Shown here: positions 1-12,032 of the stretch, piece by piece
How positions within the stretch are numbered: position 1 is the stretch's first letter
Layout of the letters: every line of letters starts with the position of its first letter
From: Thiobacillus sp.
GTDB lineage: Bacteria; Pseudomonadota; Gammaproteobacteria; Burkholderiales; Thiobacillaceae
NCBI GenBank assembly: GCA_046292745.1
Contig: JBKBQH010000009.1
Location: 10,360 to 74,359 of the forward strand
Reading direction: 5' to 3'
DNA length: 64,000 nt
Notes under the pieces: generated by a model
What the model was told of the DNA's origin: nothing
Seen by the model: the letters and a program-made list of their open reading frames with translations, nothing else
Database searches by the model: none
Translations under genes and position numbers: made by a program

Positions 1-2162
1 TGCATGCGCGCGACCGGGAGCGCGGCATCGCGCGTCATCTGCAGGGCCGATGCGCGACGCACCACGGCGTCGGTCTGATAGATCGGCACCTCGGCCACGC
101 GCTCGAGGCCGTCGACTACCGGTGGCGCCATCACCGTCACGCCGCTCACCTCGTTGCTGAGGAAGCCCTGCACGTTGCCGGTGGGCGTATCGCCCAGCGC
201 TTCGCGCAGCACCTCTTGCGAATCATTGTGCTCGAATCCGGCCAGCCCCAGCAGGTTGCCGAGCACGCGCAGCACCTTCCACGCCGGACGCGTCTCGCCG
301 AGCGGCCTCACCACGGCGGCGAAGCTCTGCACCCGGCCTTCGGTGTTGATGAAAGTGCCGGAAGTCTCGGTCCACGGCGCAATCGGCAGCAGCACGTCGG
401 CATAGTCGAGCGACTTGCCCTTGTAGGGCGACATCACGACGACGAAATCTGCGGCATTGATGCTCGCCATCGCGGTCACGGGGTCGTGGGTGTCGAGTTC
501 GGCCTCGACCCCGAGCAGGAGATAGGCGGAAAGCGGCCGCTCCAGCATCTGCCTGGCGTTGAGGCCTTTGATCGCCGCCTGCCCGAGCGCACCTCGGTGC
601 GGCACGGCACCGACCGCTACCGCGCCGACACTGTTGGCGGCTTCACCCAGGACACCGAAGCTGGCGCCGGCGAGCTTTGCCACTTCCTGCGCCAGCGCGT
701 GGATCTGCGCGTAGCTTGGGTGATGTTGCGCCATGTTGCCGAGGAAGACCGCGCGCGTCTCGCCGCCGGCAATGCTCACGGCCATCTTCCTGGCAATGTC
801 GTCGGCGACACCGTGCAGGGCGATCGCCGGTACCGGCTGTTTTTTAAGTTCAGCCAGGGCGATGCATACGCCTGCCAGTGATGCAGCCAGCTGCGACGGC
901 GCGACGATGCGCTTGGCATGGACCTTGCCGAGGAACTCGTCGTCCGCCGCATTGATGAGGTTGAGCTCGCCATACCACCGCACCGATTCGCGGATGCGGT
1001 GCGCCATCAGCGGATGGTCCTTCCTGAGATTCGATCCGACGACGAGCATGCGGTTGAGCCGCGACATGTAGGTGACCGGCATGCCGAGCCAGAAACCGCC
1101 CTGTGCCTTGTCGTCGAGCGAGAAGTCGGACTGGCGCAGGCGATGGTCGACGTTGCCGCTGCCCATCCCCCGCATCAGCTTCTGCAGCAGATAGAGTTCT
1201 TCCGCCGGCCGGTACGGGGTCGACAGTGCGCCGATCCGGTCGGCCGGCAGCGATTTCAATTTGGTCGCAACGAATTCAAGCGCCTCCTGCCAGCCAGTCT
1301 CGACCCACTGGCCATCGTGCTTGATCATCGGCTGCGTCAGCCGCTCCGGCGTGTTGAGTCCCTGGTAGGAAAAACGGTCGCGGTCCGCCAGCCAGCACTC
1401 GTTGACGTCTTCGTTCTCGCGCGGCACCACGCGCATCACCTTGTTGTCCTTGACATGGACTTCGAGGTTGGAACCCAGACTGTCATGCGGACTGATGGAA
1501 GGCCGGCGCGACAGCTCCCAGCTGCGCGCGCTGTAGCGGAAGGGCTTGCTGGTGAGAGCGCCGACCGGGCACAGGTCGATGACATTGCCCGACAGTTCCG
1601 ACGCGACCTGGCTTTCGAGGAAGGGCATGACCTCGGTATGCTCGCCACGGCCGACCATGCCGAGCTCCATGATGCCGGCGATTTCCTGGCCGAATCGCAC
1701 GCAACGGCTGCAATGGATGCAGCGCGTCATGTCGGTGGCGATCAGCGGGCCGAGGTTTTTGTCGCGCACGACGCGCTTGACTTCCTGATAGCGCGACGAC
1801 GACGCGCCGTAGCCCACGGCGAGATCCTGCAGGGTGCATTCACCGCCCTGATCGCAGATCGGGCAATCGAGCGGATGGTTGATGAGGAGGAATTCCATCA
1901 CCGCCTTCTGCGCATTGATCGCGTACTCGGAGCGGGTATAGACCTTCATGCCGTCGGTGACGGGGGTGGCGCAGGCCGGCAGCGGCTTCGGTGCCTTTTC
2001 CACCTGTACCAGGCACATGCGGCAGTTGGCCGCGATCGAGAGCTTCTTGTGATAGCAGAAATGCGGGATGGTGATGCCGGCCGCGTTGGCCGCATCCATG
2101 ATGGTCTTGCCGCTCTCGACCTGGAGCGCCTTGCCGTCAATTTCGATATTCAACGTGGCCAT
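1..2162 (-). CDS. nuoG: NADH-quinone oxidoreductase subunit G, partial (C-terminus lies beyond the window start)
   Basis: Reading the minus strand from ATG 2162..2160 gives MATLNIEIDGKALQVESGKTIMDAANAAGITIPHFCYHKKLSIAANCRMCLVQVEKAPKPLPAC...INHPLDCPICDQGGEC, the Fe-S N-terminus typical of NuoG. The frame stays open to position 1, so it is absent from the ORF track. It starts 3 nt after nuoF. Confidence 0.9.
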   Translation of the reverse strand, partial: MATLNIEIDGKALQVESGKTIMDAANAAGITIPHFCYHKKLSIAANCRMCLVQVEKAPKPLPACATPVTDGMKVYTRSEYAINAQKAVMEFLLINHPLDCPICDQGGECTLQDLAVGYGASSSRYQEVKRVVRDKNLGPLIATDMTRCIHCSRCVRFGQEIAGIMELGMVGRGEHTEVMPFLESQVASELSGNVIDLCPVGALTSKPFRYSARSWELSRRPSISPHDSLGSNLEVHVKDNKVMRVVPRENEDVNECWLADRDRFSYQGLNTPERLTQPMIKHDGQWVETGWQEALEFVATKLKSLPADRIGALSTPYRPAEELYLLQKLMRGMGSGNVDHRLRQSDFSLDDKAQGGFWLGMPVTYMSRLNRMLVVGSNLRKDHPLMAHRIRESVRWYGELNLINAADDEFLGKVHAKRIVAPSQLAASLAGVCIALAELKKQPVPAIALHGVADDIARKMAVSIAGGETRAVFLGNMAQHHPSYAQIHALAQEVAKLAGASFGVLGEAANSVGAVAVGAVPHRGALGQAAIKGLNARQMLERPLSAYLLLGVEAELDTHDPVTAMASINAADFVVVMSPYKGKSLDYADVLLPIAPWTETSGTFINTEGRVQSFAAVVRPLGETRPAWKVLRVLGNLLGLAGFEHNDSQEVLREALGDTPTGNVQGFLSNEVSGVTVMAPPVVDGLERVAEVPIYQTDAVVRRASALQMTRDAALPVARM

Positions 2163-2165
2163 CGT

Positions 2166-3442
<1,277 letters not shown>

Positions 3443-3446
<4 letters not shown>

Positions 3447-3916
3447 TTCAACTTGTCCAGCAACTCGTCCACCTTCTCGGGCGTGAGATGCGTGTGCATG
3501 GCGTGGTTGTTGTGCAGGCACAGCGGGGCGTCACCGCAGGCCCCCATGCACTCGCCCTCCTTCAACGTGTAGCGGCCGTCCTCGGTGGTCTCGCCGAAAC
3601 CGATGCCGAGCCGGTGCTTCAGGTGGTCGGCGATCTCGCCCGCCCCCATCAGGGCGCACGGCAGATTGGTGCACAGGGTGATCTTGTGGCGGCCGACCGG
3701 CTGGGTGTCGTACATGTTGTAGAAGGTCGCCACTTCGTAGGCGGCGATCGCCGGCATCTCCAGGTATTCGGCGACGTACTCGATCAGTTCTGGCTTGAGC
3801 CAGCCCTTCTCCCTCTGCGCGATGCGCAGCGCGCCCATGATCGCCGACTGCTTCTGCCCGGCAGGATACTTGGCGACTTCGGCGTCGATCGCCGCGAGCG
3901 ATTCTGGCGACAGCAT
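3443..3916 (-). CDS. nuoE: NADH-quinone oxidoreductase subunit E
   Basis: ORF 3443..4417 trimmed to ATG 3916 ([27 protein letters not shown]...). 2Fe-2S cysteines are present in CTNLPC and CMGACGDAP. It overlaps the nuoD stop. Confidence 0.9.
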
Positions 3917-5169
3917 CAGCGGTCGATCTCCCCGAAAACGATGTCCTGCGTGCCGATGATGGCGACAACATCGGCGATCATGTGGCCGCGCGCCATTTCG
4001 TCGAGCGCAGCGAGGTGCGCGAAACCCGGTGCGCGGATCTTCAGCCGGTACGGCTTGTTGGCCCCGTCCGACACCAGGTAGATGCCGAACTCGCCCTTGG
4101 GATGCTCGACCGCGGCATAGGCTTCGCCCGCCGGCACGTGCATCCCCTCGGTGAAGAGCTTGAAGTGATGGATCAGCTCTTCCATGTTCGTCTTCATCGA
4201 CAGCCGGTCGGGGGGCGCCACCTTGTGGTTGTCGATGATCACCGGTCCCGGGTGCGTCCTCAGCCAGTCGACGCACTGCCTGATGATGCGATTCGACTGG
4301 CGCATTTCCTCGATGCGCACGAGATAGCGGTCGTAGCAATCGCCGTTGGTGCCGACCGGAATGTCGAAGTCCATGCGGTCGTAGACCTCGTAGGGCTGCT
4401 TCTTGCGCAGGTCCCATTCGACGCCGGAGCCGCGCAGCATGGGGCCGGTGAATCCCAGCGCCTTGGCGCGCTCGGGCGACACGACACCGATGCCGACGGT
4501 GCGCTGCTTCCAGATGCGGTTGTCGGTGAGCAGCGTTTCGTATTCGTCGACGTAGGTCGGGAAGCGATTGGTGAAATCCTCGATGAAGTCGAGTAGCGAG
4601 CCCTGCCGGTTGGCGTTCATCGCCTTGAGCGCCGCCGCGTTGCGGGTGTGCTGCGCCTGGTACTGCGGCATCGTGTCGGGCAGGTCGCGATAGACGCCGC
4701 CGGGACGGTAATAGGCTGCGTGCATGCGCGCGCCGGACACCGCCTCATAGCAGTCCATCAGGTCCTCGCGCTCGCGGAAGGCATACAGGAAGACCGTCAT
4801 CGCGCCGACGTCGAGCGCGTGCGCGCCCAGCCACAGCAGGTGGTTGAGGATGCGGGTGATCTCGTCGAACATCACGCGGATGTATTGCGCGCGCTCCGGC
4901 ACCTCGATGCCCAGCAGCTTCTCGATCGCCATCACGTAGGCGTGCTCGTTGACCATCATCGAGACGTAATCGAGGCGGTCCATGTAGGGCACCGACTGGA
5001 TGAAGGTCTTGTGCTCGGCGAGCTTTTCGGTCGCACGGTGCAACAGGCCGATGTGCGGGTCGGCGCGCTGGATGACCTCGCCGTCGAGCTCCAGCACCAG
5101 GCGCAGCACGCCATGGGCGGCCGGGTGCTGCGGGCCGAAATTCATGGTGTAGTTTCTGATCTCGGCCAT
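3916..5169 (-). CDS. nuoD: NADH-quinone oxidoreductase subunit D
   Basis: 417 aa starting [31 protein letters not shown], a canonical NuoD N-terminus. Operon position also fits. Confidence 0.95.
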   Translation of the reverse strand: MAEIRNYTMNFGPQHPAAHGVLRLVLELDGEVIQRADPHIGLLHRATEKLAEHKTFIQSVPYMDRLDYVSMMVNEHAYVMAIEKLLGIEVPERAQYIRVMFDEITRILNHLLWLGAHALDVGAMTVFLYAFREREDLMDCYEAVSGARMHAAYYRPGGVYRDLPDTMPQYQAQHTRNAAALKAMNANRQGSLLDFIEDFTNRFPTYVDEYETLLTDNRIWKQRTVGIGVVSPERAKALGFTGPMLRGSGVEWDLRKKQPYEVYDRMDFDIPVGTNGDCYDRYLVRIEEMRQSNRIIRQCVDWLRTHPGPVIIDNHKVAPPDRLSMKTNMEELIHHFKLFTEGMHVPAGEAYAAVEHPKGEFGIYLVSDGANKPYRLKIRAPGFAHLAALDEMARGHMIADVVAIIGTQDIVFGEIDR

Positions 5170-5170
5170 G

Positions 5171-5770
5171 TCAGCGCCCTGCCCCGTAGCTCTCGTCGCG
5201 CACGATGCGCGGCACGATCTCGCGCGGCTCGATCGACACCGGCTGGTAGATCACGCGCTGCTGCGTCGGGTCATAGCGCATCTCGACGTTGCCCGACAGC
5301 GGGAAGTCCTTGCGGAAAGGGTGCCCGATGAAGCCATAGTCGGTGAGGATGCGGCGCAGGTCGGGATGCCCTTCGAACACGATGCCGTACAGATCGAAAG
5401 CCTCGCGCTCGAACCAGTTCGCCGATGGCCACAGGTCGACCACCGAGGATACGACGGGCAGGTCGTCATCGGGGCAGAACACGCGCACCCGCACGCGCTG
5501 GTTGTAGGTGAGCGACAGCAGATGCACCACGACCGCGAAGCGCGGGCCTTCCCACGCACCATCGCCGTAGCCCGAGTAGTCCACGCCGCAGAGATCGATC
5601 AGCTGCTCGAATCTGCAGTCGGGATGATCGCGCAGCGTGCGCATCGCCGTCAGGTAGTGCTGCGCCTTGATCACCAGCGTCTGCTCGCCCAGGCGCACGA
5701 AGGACTGCACCAGCGCATCGCCGAGTGCGGTTTCGAGCGGCAAAACGGGGGCTTCAGGAGTCAGGGCCAT
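5171..5770 (-). CDS. nuoC: NADH-quinone oxidoreductase subunit C
   Basis: 199 aa lying between nuoB and nuoD, with NuoC-like sequence (...[31 protein letters not shown]...). Confidence 0.93.
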   Translation of the reverse strand: MALTPEAPVLPLETALGDALVQSFVRLGEQTLVIKAQHYLTAMRTLRDHPDCRFEQLIDLCGVDYSGYGDGAWEGPRFAVVVHLLSLTYNQRVRVRVFCPDDDLPVVSSVVDLWPSANWFEREAFDLYGIVFEGHPDLRRILTDYGFIGHPFRKDFPLSGNVEMRYDPTQQRVIYQPVSIEPREIVPRIVRDESYGAGR

Positions 5771-5776
5771 AGGGGG

Positions 5777-6253
5777 TCAGCGGGCGATGGTGTTGGTGCG
5801 ACGGATCTTGTTCTGCAACTGGATGATACCGAACAGCAGGGCTTCCGCCGTGGGCGGACAGCCGGGCACGTAGATGTCGACCGGCACGATGCGGTCGCAG
5901 CCGCGCACCACCGAATACGAATAGTGATAGTAGCCGCCGCCGTTGGCGCACGAACCCATCGAGATCACCCAGCGCGGCTCGGCCATCTGGTCGTAGACCT
6001 TGCGCAACGCTGGCGCCATCTTGTTGCACAGCGTGCCGGCGACGATCATCACGTCGGACTGCCGCGGACTCGGCCGGAACACGATGCCGAAGCGGTCGAG
6101 GTCGTAGCGCGACGCGCCCGCCTGCATCATTTCCACCGCACAACACGCAAGACCGAAGGTCATCGGCCACATCGAACCGGTCCGCATGTAGTTGATGAGC
6201 TGGTCGGCCTTGGTGGTGACAAAACCCTGTTCGAGGATGCCTTCGATGCTCAT
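5777..6253 (-). CDS. nuoB: NADH-quinone oxidoreductase subunit B
   Basis: 158 aa containing [11 protein letters not shown] and VPGCPP, the N2-cluster motifs. Confidence 0.95.
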   Translation of the reverse strand: MSIEGILEQGFVTTKADQLINYMRTGSMWPMTFGLACCAVEMMQAGASRYDLDRFGIVFRPSPRQSDVMIVAGTLCNKMAPALRKVYDQMAEPRWVISMGSCANGGGYYHYSYSVVRGCDRIVPVDIYVPGCPPTAEALLFGIIQLQNKIRRTNTIAR

Positions 6254-6281
6254 CGCTCAAGCCCCGCAGTCGCCAGCATGC

Positions 6282-6638
6282 TCATTCCCACTCGAGTGCA
6301 CCGCGCATCCATTCATAAATGAAGCCCACAACGAGAATGCCGAGAAACACCATCATCGCCAGGAAACCGGCCATGCCGATTTCCTCCAGCACGACGGCCC
6401 AGGGGAAAAGGAAGGCGATTTCCAGATCAAACAGGATGAAAAGGATGGCGACGAGGTAATAGCGCACGTCGAACTTCATGCGCGCGTCTTCAAAGGCCTC
6501 GAAACCGCATTCGTAGGGGGAGAGCTTTTCGCTGTCGGGACGGTTGGGCGCCAGGAGCGCCCCGGCCACGATCGGGCCCACGCCGAAGGCCAGTCCGACC
6601 AGAATGAACAGCAGTATGGGGAGATAGTTCTCCAGCAC
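6282..6638 (-). CDS. nuoA: NADH-quinone oxidoreductase subunit A
   Basis: 118 aa, three predicted TM helices, first gene of the nuo operon. GTG start preceded by GGAGGAAG. Confidence 0.9.
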   Translation of the reverse strand: MLENYLPILLFILVGLAFGVGPIVAGALLAPNRPDSEKLSPYECGFEAFEDARMKFDVRYYLVAILFILFDLEIAFLFPWAVVLEEIGMAGFLAMMVFLGILVVGFIYEWMRGALEWE

Positions 6639-6673
6639 CGGCTTCCTCCGACGACGCCCGTCCAGGCTTGTTG

Positions 6674-6716
6674 ATTATATGACCGGAGTCTACGGGCCAG
6701 ACACCTCAGGTGTCAA
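6674..6716 (-). promoter_or_regulatory. Candidate nuo operon promoter region
   Basis: The minus strand shows a perfect TTGACA (plus-strand tgtcaa 6711..6716), an 18-nt spacer and TAGACT (6687..6692). A perfect TATAAT follows further downstream (6674..6679). A 6-3-6 palindrome, gacacctcaggtgtc (6700..6714), overlaps the -35. Confidence 0.35.
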
Positions 6717-6744
6717 GCCGAACATTTGGTACTTTTATTTTAAA

Positions 6745-6789
6745 AATCAGGTATTTATACGATAGTCCTGATTAATGCATGAATCAGGA
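6745..6789 (-). terminator. Three AATCAGG/CCTGATT half-sites forming two mutually exclusive hairpins downstream of tRNA-Leu; the distal one is followed by a T-run
   Basis: Minus strand reads ACCA-tcaatcaattt-TCCTGATT-catgcatt-AATCAGGA-ctatcgtataaata-CCTGATT-TTTAAAATAAAAG. Confidence 0.3.
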
Positions 6790-6800
6790 AAATTGATTGA

Positions 6801-6885
6801 TGGTGCCGACGGCGAGACTCGAACTCGCACGACTTGCGTCACTACCCCCTCAAGATAGCGTGTCTACCAATTCCACCACGTCGGC
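6801..6885 (-). tRNA. tRNA-Leu (anticodon GAG)
   Basis: Reverse complement is GCCGACGTGGTGGAATTGGTAGACACGCTATCTTGAGGGGGTAGTGACGCAAGTCGTGCGAGTTCGAGTCTCGCCGTCGGCACCA. It has a 7-bp acceptor stem, a long variable arm, a TTCGAGT T-loop and an encoded CCA. The secG-tRNA-Leu-nuoA position is conserved. Confidence 0.9.
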
Positions 6886-6917
6886 CAATGGGCATGCGCC
6901 CGTTGGATTGCTGCTGT

Positions 6918-7253
6918 TTACTGCGGGATGTCCGCCGCCTTGGAACCGGGGGCCGGTTCCGGGGCGGCAGGTTGCGCCGTCGCCGGCACCGCCGTGCGCT
7001 CGATCACGCTGGTCGGCTTGTGCTGCTGTAGCGCAAAATAGGCCAGCCCGAGGCTGGTCAGGAAAAACAGGGTCGCCAGGATCGCCGTGGCACGGCTCAG
7101 GAAATTGGCCGAGCCGCTCGCCCCGAACAGGCTGCCGGACGAACCGCTGCCGAAGGCCGCACCCATGTCGGCGCCCTTGCCGTGCTGCAGGAGCACCAGG
7201 GCAATGACCGCGATGGCGACAAGTACGTGTACGACCCAGACCAGTGTTTCCAT
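6918..7253 (-). CDS. secG: Preprotein translocase subunit SecG
   Basis: 111 aa starting [47 protein letters not shown], the typical SecG pattern. It follows tpiA. Confidence 0.85.
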   Translation of the reverse strand: METLVWVVHVLVAIAVIALVLLQHGKGADMGAAFGSGSSGSLFGASGSANFLSRATAILATLFFLTSLGLAYFALQQHKPTSVIERTAVPATAQPAAPEPAPGSKAADIPQ

Positions 7254-7276
7254 GAATGCTTTGTGCTCGGTGAAGC

Positions 7277-8023
7277 CTATTTGGCGGCGGCGCGGCAGAT
7301 CGCGATGAACTCGTCGGCCACCAGCGAGGCGCCACCGATGAGGCCGCCGTCGATATCCGGCTGAGCCATCAATTCTGCCGCATTCGAAGCTTTCACGCTA
7401 CCCCCGTACTGGATCACCAGCCCGTCGGCCACTGCCGGATCGAGGGCGGCGACCTTGCCGCGAATGAAGGCATGCACGGCCTGCGCCTGTTCGGGGCTGG
7501 CGGTCTTGCCGGTGCCGATCGCCCACACCGGCTCGTAAGCGACGACGGCGTTGGCTAGCGACGCCACGCTCGCGGCGGCGATCACCGCGTCGAGCTGGCG
7601 GGCGACGACCTGCTCGGTCACGCCCGTCTCGCGCTCGGCCAGCGACTCGCCGACGCAGAGGATGGGTACGAGACCGGCGGCCTGCGCCGCCATGTATTTC
7701 TTCGCGACCAGTTCGTCCGATTCGCCGTACAGGCTGCGCCGCTCGGAATGCCCGACGATCACGTAGGTGCAGTCGAAATCGCGCAGCATCGAGGCCGACA
7801 CTTCTCCCGTGTACGCACCCTTGGCCTGCTCGGAAAGGTTCTGTGCGCCCCAGGCGATCGAGGAGCCGGCCAGCGCGGCCTGCGCCTGCGCGAGGTAGGG
7901 AAACGGCACGCACACGGCGGCTTCGATGCCAGCGAGTGCAGGCTTGATCGCGGCCAGCAGCGCGGCGTTTTCCGCCAGGCTGCCGTTCATTTTCCAGTTA
8001 CCGGCTACGAGCTTCTTGCGCAT
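7277..8023 (-). CDS. tpiA: Triose-phosphate isomerase
   Basis: ORF 7277..8098 trimmed to ATG 8023 ([15 protein letters not shown]...). Contains [18 protein letters not shown] and YGGSV motifs. Confidence 0.93.
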   Translation of the reverse strand: MRKKLVAGNWKMNGSLAENAALLAAIKPALAGIEAAVCVPFPYLAQAQAALAGSSIAWGAQNLSEQAKGAYTGEVSASMLRDFDCTYVIVGHSERRSLYGESDELVAKKYMAAQAAGLVPILCVGESLAERETGVTEQVVARQLDAVIAAASVASLANAVVAYEPVWAIGTGKTASPEQAQAVHAFIRGKVAALDPAVADGLVIQYGGSVKASNAAELMAQPDIDGGLIGGASLVADEFIAICRAAAK

Positions 8024-8177
8024 CGTTCTATCTATCCAGGGCGGAAACCCGCCCAACACAAAGTGCGCGATGTTAAGCGCTATGCGTTCGCCGGTCAACC
8101 TCCGCCGGACGCGTCGACATGTTGTGAAATCAGCCGAAACGGCCGGCGATGGGGGGGCTATGGCCTAACGTTCGCCG

Positions 8178-8218
8178 CTACATTACCGGCCGGTTAACCG
8201 AACCGGCCGGTAATGTAG
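8178..8218 (-). terminator. Perfect 16-bp inverted repeat enclosing the pstB stop codon
   Basis: ctacattaccggccgg (8178..8193), then the 9-nt loop ttaaccgaa containing the stop TAA, then ccggccggtaatgtag (8203..8218). No U-tract follows on the minus strand. Confidence 0.4.
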
Positions 8219-8976
8219 TCTTCGGTCTGCTTCTTGTCTGGTTTCATGAAGATGGTGCTGGTCTCGTTGAACTCGACGAGCTCACCGAGGTACATGAAGG
8301 CCGTGTAGTCGGAAATCCGGGCCGCCTGCTGCATGTTGTGGGTGACGATGGCGATGGTGTAGTCGCTCTTGAGTTCGTTGATGAGCTCCTCGATCTTGGC
8401 GGTCGAGATCGGGTCGAGCGCGGAGGTCGGCTCGTCCAGCAGGACGATCTCGGGCTTGACCGCCACCGCGCGCGCGATACACAGCCGCTGCTGCTGTCCG
8501 CCGGAAAGCGACAGTCCGCTCTGGTGCAGCTTGTCCTTCACCTCGCCCCACAGCGCGGCCTTCTTGAGCGCCCATTCGACGCGATCGTCCATGGCGCTAC
8601 GCGACATGCGCTCATAGAGCCGCACGCCGAAGGCGATGTTCTCGTAGATCGTCATCGGGAACGGCGTCGGCTTCTGGAACACCATGCCGATCTTGGCGCG
8701 CACCAGGTTCACGTCCTGCTTCCTGTCGAGCAGGTTCTTGCCGTGGAACAGGATCTCGCCTTCCGCCCGCTGCCCCGGATACAGGTCGTACATGCGATTG
8801 AAGGTGCGCAACAGCGTCGATTTGCCGCAGCCCGACGGACCGATGAAGGCGGTCACCTTGTTGCTGGCGATGTCCAGGCTGACGTTGCTGAGCCCCTTGA
8901 AATCGCCGTAGTAGAAATCCAGGTCGCGTACCTGGAGCGCGGCATTCTCGATCGTGGGCTTGGTTTGTTCGGACAT
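8194..8976 (-). CDS. pstB: Phosphate ABC transporter ATP-binding protein
   Basis: ORF trimmed to ATG 8976 ([24 protein letters not shown]...). Walker [10 protein letters not shown], signature LSGGQQQR, Walker [12 protein letters not shown]. Confidence 0.93.
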   Translation of the reverse strand: MSEQTKPTIENAALQVRDLDFYYGDFKGLSNVSLDIASNKVTAFIGPSGCGKSTLLRTFNRMYDLYPGQRAEGEILFHGKNLLDRKQDVNLVRAKIGMVFQKPTPFPMTIYENIAFGVRLYERMSRSAMDDRVEWALKKAALWGEVKDKLHQSGLSLSGGQQQRLCIARAVAVKPEIVLLDEPTSALDPISTAKIEELINELKSDYTIAIVTHNMQQAARISDYTAFMYLGELVEFNETSTIFMKPDKKQTEDYITGRFG

Positions 8977-8995
8977 CGGAAGAAACTCCGGGGAA

Positions 8996-9838
8996 TTAAC
9001 GTTTGTCTTTGTTGCGGAACGCGATGCGCACGCCAATGTTGACGGCCAGAACCAGGAACGCGATCAGCAGCGCGCCCCCCCACGCCAGATTGACCCAATT
9101 CTCGTAGGGGCTCAGCGCGAACTGAAAGATCACCACCGGCAGATTGCCCATGGGCTCGCTCATGTCGGTGCTGAAAAACTGGTTGTTGAGCGCGGTGAAC
9201 AGCAAGGGCGCGGTCTCGCCGGTGATGCGCGCCATTGCCAGCAGCACGCCGGTCACCACGCCCGACTTCACCGCGCGCAGCGTCACCTTGAGCGACACCT
9301 GCCAGCGCGGCGCGCCGACCGCGAAAGCCGCTTCGCGCAGGCTGGTCGGCACCAGCTTCAGCATGTTCTCGGTGGTGCGCACCACGACCGGTATGGCGAT
9401 CAGGGCCAGCGCCAGCGAGCCCGCCCAGCCGGAGAACCCGCCAGTGGTCGCCACGAACAGCGCGTAGACGAACAGGCCGATGACGATGGACGGCGCCGAC
9501 AGCATGATGTCGGTCATGAAGCGGGTGAACGTGGCGAATCTCGAGACGCGTCCGTATTCGGCGAGGTAGATGCCGGCGAGGATGCCGACCGGGGTCGCGA
9601 TCAGCATCGAGAACAACAGGATGAGGCCGCTGCCGACGATGGCGTTGCGCAGACCGCCGCCCTCGGAGCCGGGTGCCGGCGTGTCCTGGGTGAAGAGATC
9701 AAGACTGAGCGCGGCAAAGCCTTTCGAAAACAGCGTCCACAGGATCCACAGCAGGGCGATCAGCCCCAGGCTCATCGCGAGCATCGAGAGCGTGATGCCG
9801 AGGCGGTTGATCCAGATGCGGCGGGCGTAGAGATTCAT
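8996..9838 (-). CDS. pstA: Phosphate ABC transporter permease PstA
   Basis: 280 aa multi-TM protein lying between pstC and pstB. PstA-like EAA region ([14 protein letters not shown]). Confidence 0.9.
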   Translation of the reverse strand: MNLYARRIWINRLGITLSMLAMSLGLIALLWILWTLFSKGFAALSLDLFTQDTPAPGSEGGGLRNAIVGSGLILLFSMLIATPVGILAGIYLAEYGRVSRFATFTRFMTDIMLSAPSIVIGLFVYALFVATTGGFSGWAGSLALALIAIPVVVRTTENMLKLVPTSLREAAFAVGAPRWQVSLKVTLRAVKSGVVTGVLLAMARITGETAPLLFTALNNQFFSTDMSEPMGNLPVVIFQFALSPYENWVNLAWGGALLIAFLVLAVNIGVRIAFRNKDKR

Positions 9839-9848
9839 CGCGCGTTCC

Positions 9849-10910
9849 TCACAGACCCTCGGAGCCCACGCTGCGGCTGATCAGCCAGCGTGAAATCGCC
9901 AGCACGATGAAGGTCAGCACGAACAGCACCAGCCCCAGCGTGAACAGGGAGGCGATATGCAGGCCCGGATCGGCCTCGCCGAATTCGTTGGCGAGCGTCG
10001 AGGCAATCGAGGTGCCCGGCTCGAACAGGCTGGGGTTGATACGATTGGCGTTGCCGATGACGAAAGTCACCGCCATGGTTTCGCCGAGCGCGCGACCGAG
10101 CCCGAGCATGATGCCGCCGATGACGCCGACACGGGTGTACGGCAGCACGATGTTGCGCACCACCTCCCAGGTGGTGCAGCCCATGCCGTAGGCCGATTCC
10201 TTGAGGACATGCGGCACGGTCTCGAACACGTCGCGCATGACCGAGGCGATGAAGGGAATCACCATCAGCGAGAGGACGATGCTGGCGGTGAGGATGCCCA
10301 CGCCGATAGGCGGGCCGGCGAACCAGCCGCCGATCACCGGCACCTCGCCCAGCCAGTCCTGCAGCGGTGGCTGGATGTATTCCGCAAACAGGGGGGCGAA
10401 GACGAACAGGCCCCAGATGCCATAGACGATGGAGGGAATGCCGGCGAGCAGTTCGACCGCGGTTCCCAGCGGTCGGCGCAGCCACGGCGGGCAGGTTTCG
10501 GTGAGGAAGAAGGCGATGCCGAAGCTGATCGGCACCGCGATCAGGAGCGCCAGCACCGAGGTCACGACGGTGCCGTAGATCGCTGCCAGGGCGCCGTACT
10601 GGTCGTCCGGCACGCTCCACACATTGGTCCAGAAGAATGACGGGCCGAAGGCCTGCAGGCTCGGCCAGGCCTCGATCGTCAGCGATACGAGGATGCCGAC
10701 CAGCGTCGCCAGCACCACGAAGGCGAAGAGCTGGGTGGAATGGTGAAAAAAACTGTCCTGAAGCCGGAACCGCCTGACCTGCCGGAGATGCAGGTCGGCC
10801 GCGCCGGACGCGTCGCGCTCGCTCACGTGGGATAGCCTGTTGTTATCTGCGCAAACGCCCGCCGGGAAGGCGCTTGCGCAGATAGCCGGGGCGTCCCCGG
10901 CATCCGCCAT
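9849..10910 (-). CDS. pstC: Phosphate ABC transporter permease PstC (start uncertain; possibly an internal GTG)
   Basis: Multi-TM protein with [15 protein letters not shown], an EAA-like motif. Operon position fits. The N-terminal ~30 aa of the ORF may not be translated. Confidence 0.85.
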   Translation of the reverse strand: MADAGDAPAICASAFPAGVCADNNRLSHVSERDASGAADLHLRQVRRFRLQDSFFHHSTQLFAFVVLATLVGILVSLTIEAWPSLQAFGPSFFWTNVWSVPDDQYGALAAIYGTVVTSVLALLIAVPISFGIAFFLTETCPPWLRRPLGTAVELLAGIPSIVYGIWGLFVFAPLFAEYIQPPLQDWLGEVPVIGGWFAGPPIGVGILTASIVLSLMVIPFIASVMRDVFETVPHVLKESAYGMGCTTWEVVRNIVLPYTRVGVIGGIMLGLGRALGETMAVTFVIGNANRINPSLFEPGTSIASTLANEFGEADPGLHIASLFTLGLVLFVLTFIVLAISRWLISRSVGSEGL

Positions 10911-10923
10911 GCATTGGCCCGAC

Positions 10924-11943
10924 CTACTTGACCTTCTTCAATTCGGCCTCGACCATCTTGACCACGTTGGGCGGCAGGGGGACGAATCCCAGCTGGGACG
11001 CCAGCTTCTGGCCGTTGTTGAGCGACCAGGTCAGGAAATCGACCACGACCTTCTGCTTCGCGGGGTCGCTGCCGTTCTCATAGACCAGCACGTAGGTCGC
11101 GGTCGTGATCGGCCAGGCGTTCGGGTGCGGCTGGTCGAGCAGGTCGGGCGCCATGCCCTTGACGTTGAAGTCCGCACCCGCCGCCGCGTCGGCAATCGCC
11201 TGCTGGCTCGGCACGATGTATTTGCCGGCCTTGTTCTTGAGCGCGACAAAATGCATCCTGTTGCTGAGCGCGTCGGCAATGTCGACGTAGCCGATGGCGC
11301 CGCGGATCTTCTGCACATTGGCGGCAACACCGGCGTTGCCCTTGCCGCCCACGGCATTGCGCGGCCAGTTGCCGGTATTGCCGGCGCCGACCTCGCGCTG
11401 GAAAGCAGGCGACTGTTTCGCCAGGTAATGGGTGAAGGCGTAGGTCGTGCCCGAGCCGTCGGAGCGATGCGAGAGCGTAATCGCCAGGTCGGGCAGCTTG
11501 GCGCCCGGATTCAGGCGCGCGATCGCCGGGTCGTTCCAGCGGGTGACGGCACCACGGAAGATGTCGGCCGCAGTGGGGCCGTCGAGCCGGATCCCGCCCG
11601 ACTTGAAGCCGGGCACGTTCATGACGATCGTTACGCCGCCCATCACGGTCGGCACCTGGACCAGCCCGGACTGGGCCAGATCTTCGGCTTTGAGCGGCGC
11701 ATCGGTGCCGCCGAAATCGACGGTCTTGGCCTTGATCTGCTTGACGCCGCCGGAAGAGCCGATCGCCTGATAGTTGACCTTGTTGCCGGTGGCTGCGCGA
11801 TAGGCTTCCGCCCATTTGGTATAGACGGCATAGGGGAAGGTCGCGCCTGCGCCGGTGATGTCGGCGGCCAGGGCGCCGGCCGACATCGCCAGGCCCAGGG
11901 TTGCGGCCAGGCCTGCCCTGGCCAGCTTGTCAAAAATGAACAT
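10924..11943 (-). CDS. pstS: Phosphate ABC transporter substrate-binding protein PstS
   Basis: ORF trimmed to ATG 11943 ([38 protein letters not shown]...). Signal peptide plus PstS-like GSSGG and SDGSGTT motifs. Confidence 0.9.
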   Translation of the reverse strand: MFIFDKLARAGLAATLGLAMSAGALAADITGAGATFPYAVYTKWAEAYRAATGNKVNYQAIGSSGGVKQIKAKTVDFGGTDAPLKAEDLAQSGLVQVPTVMGGVTIVMNVPGFKSGGIRLDGPTAADIFRGAVTRWNDPAIARLNPGAKLPDLAITLSHRSDGSGTTYAFTHYLAKQSPAFQREVGAGNTGNWPRNAVGGKGNAGVAANVQKIRGAIGYVDIADALSNRMHFVALKNKAGKYIVPSQQAIADAAAGADFNVKGMAPDLLDQPHPNAWPITTATYVLVYENGSDPAKQKVVVDFLTWSLNNGQKLASQLGFVPLPPNVVKMVEAELKKVK

Positions 11944-12005
11944 GTAATCTCTCCGAAGTCGTGGACGTTGCCGCACAAGCGGTGCCCACATGCTAAGGCG
12001 AGAAT

Positions 12006-12023
12006 ATTACATTTATATGTCAG
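12006..12023 (-). promoter_or_regulatory. Putative Pho box upstream of pstS
   Basis: Minus strand reads CTGACAT-ATAA-ATGTAAT, versus the E. coli consensus CTGTCAT-A(A/T)A(T/A)-CTGTCA(C/T). It lies ~63-80 nt upstream of the pstS ATG and is followed by TAGCAT, a possible -10. Confidence 0.5.
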
Positions 12024-12032
12024 AGCTGGAAA

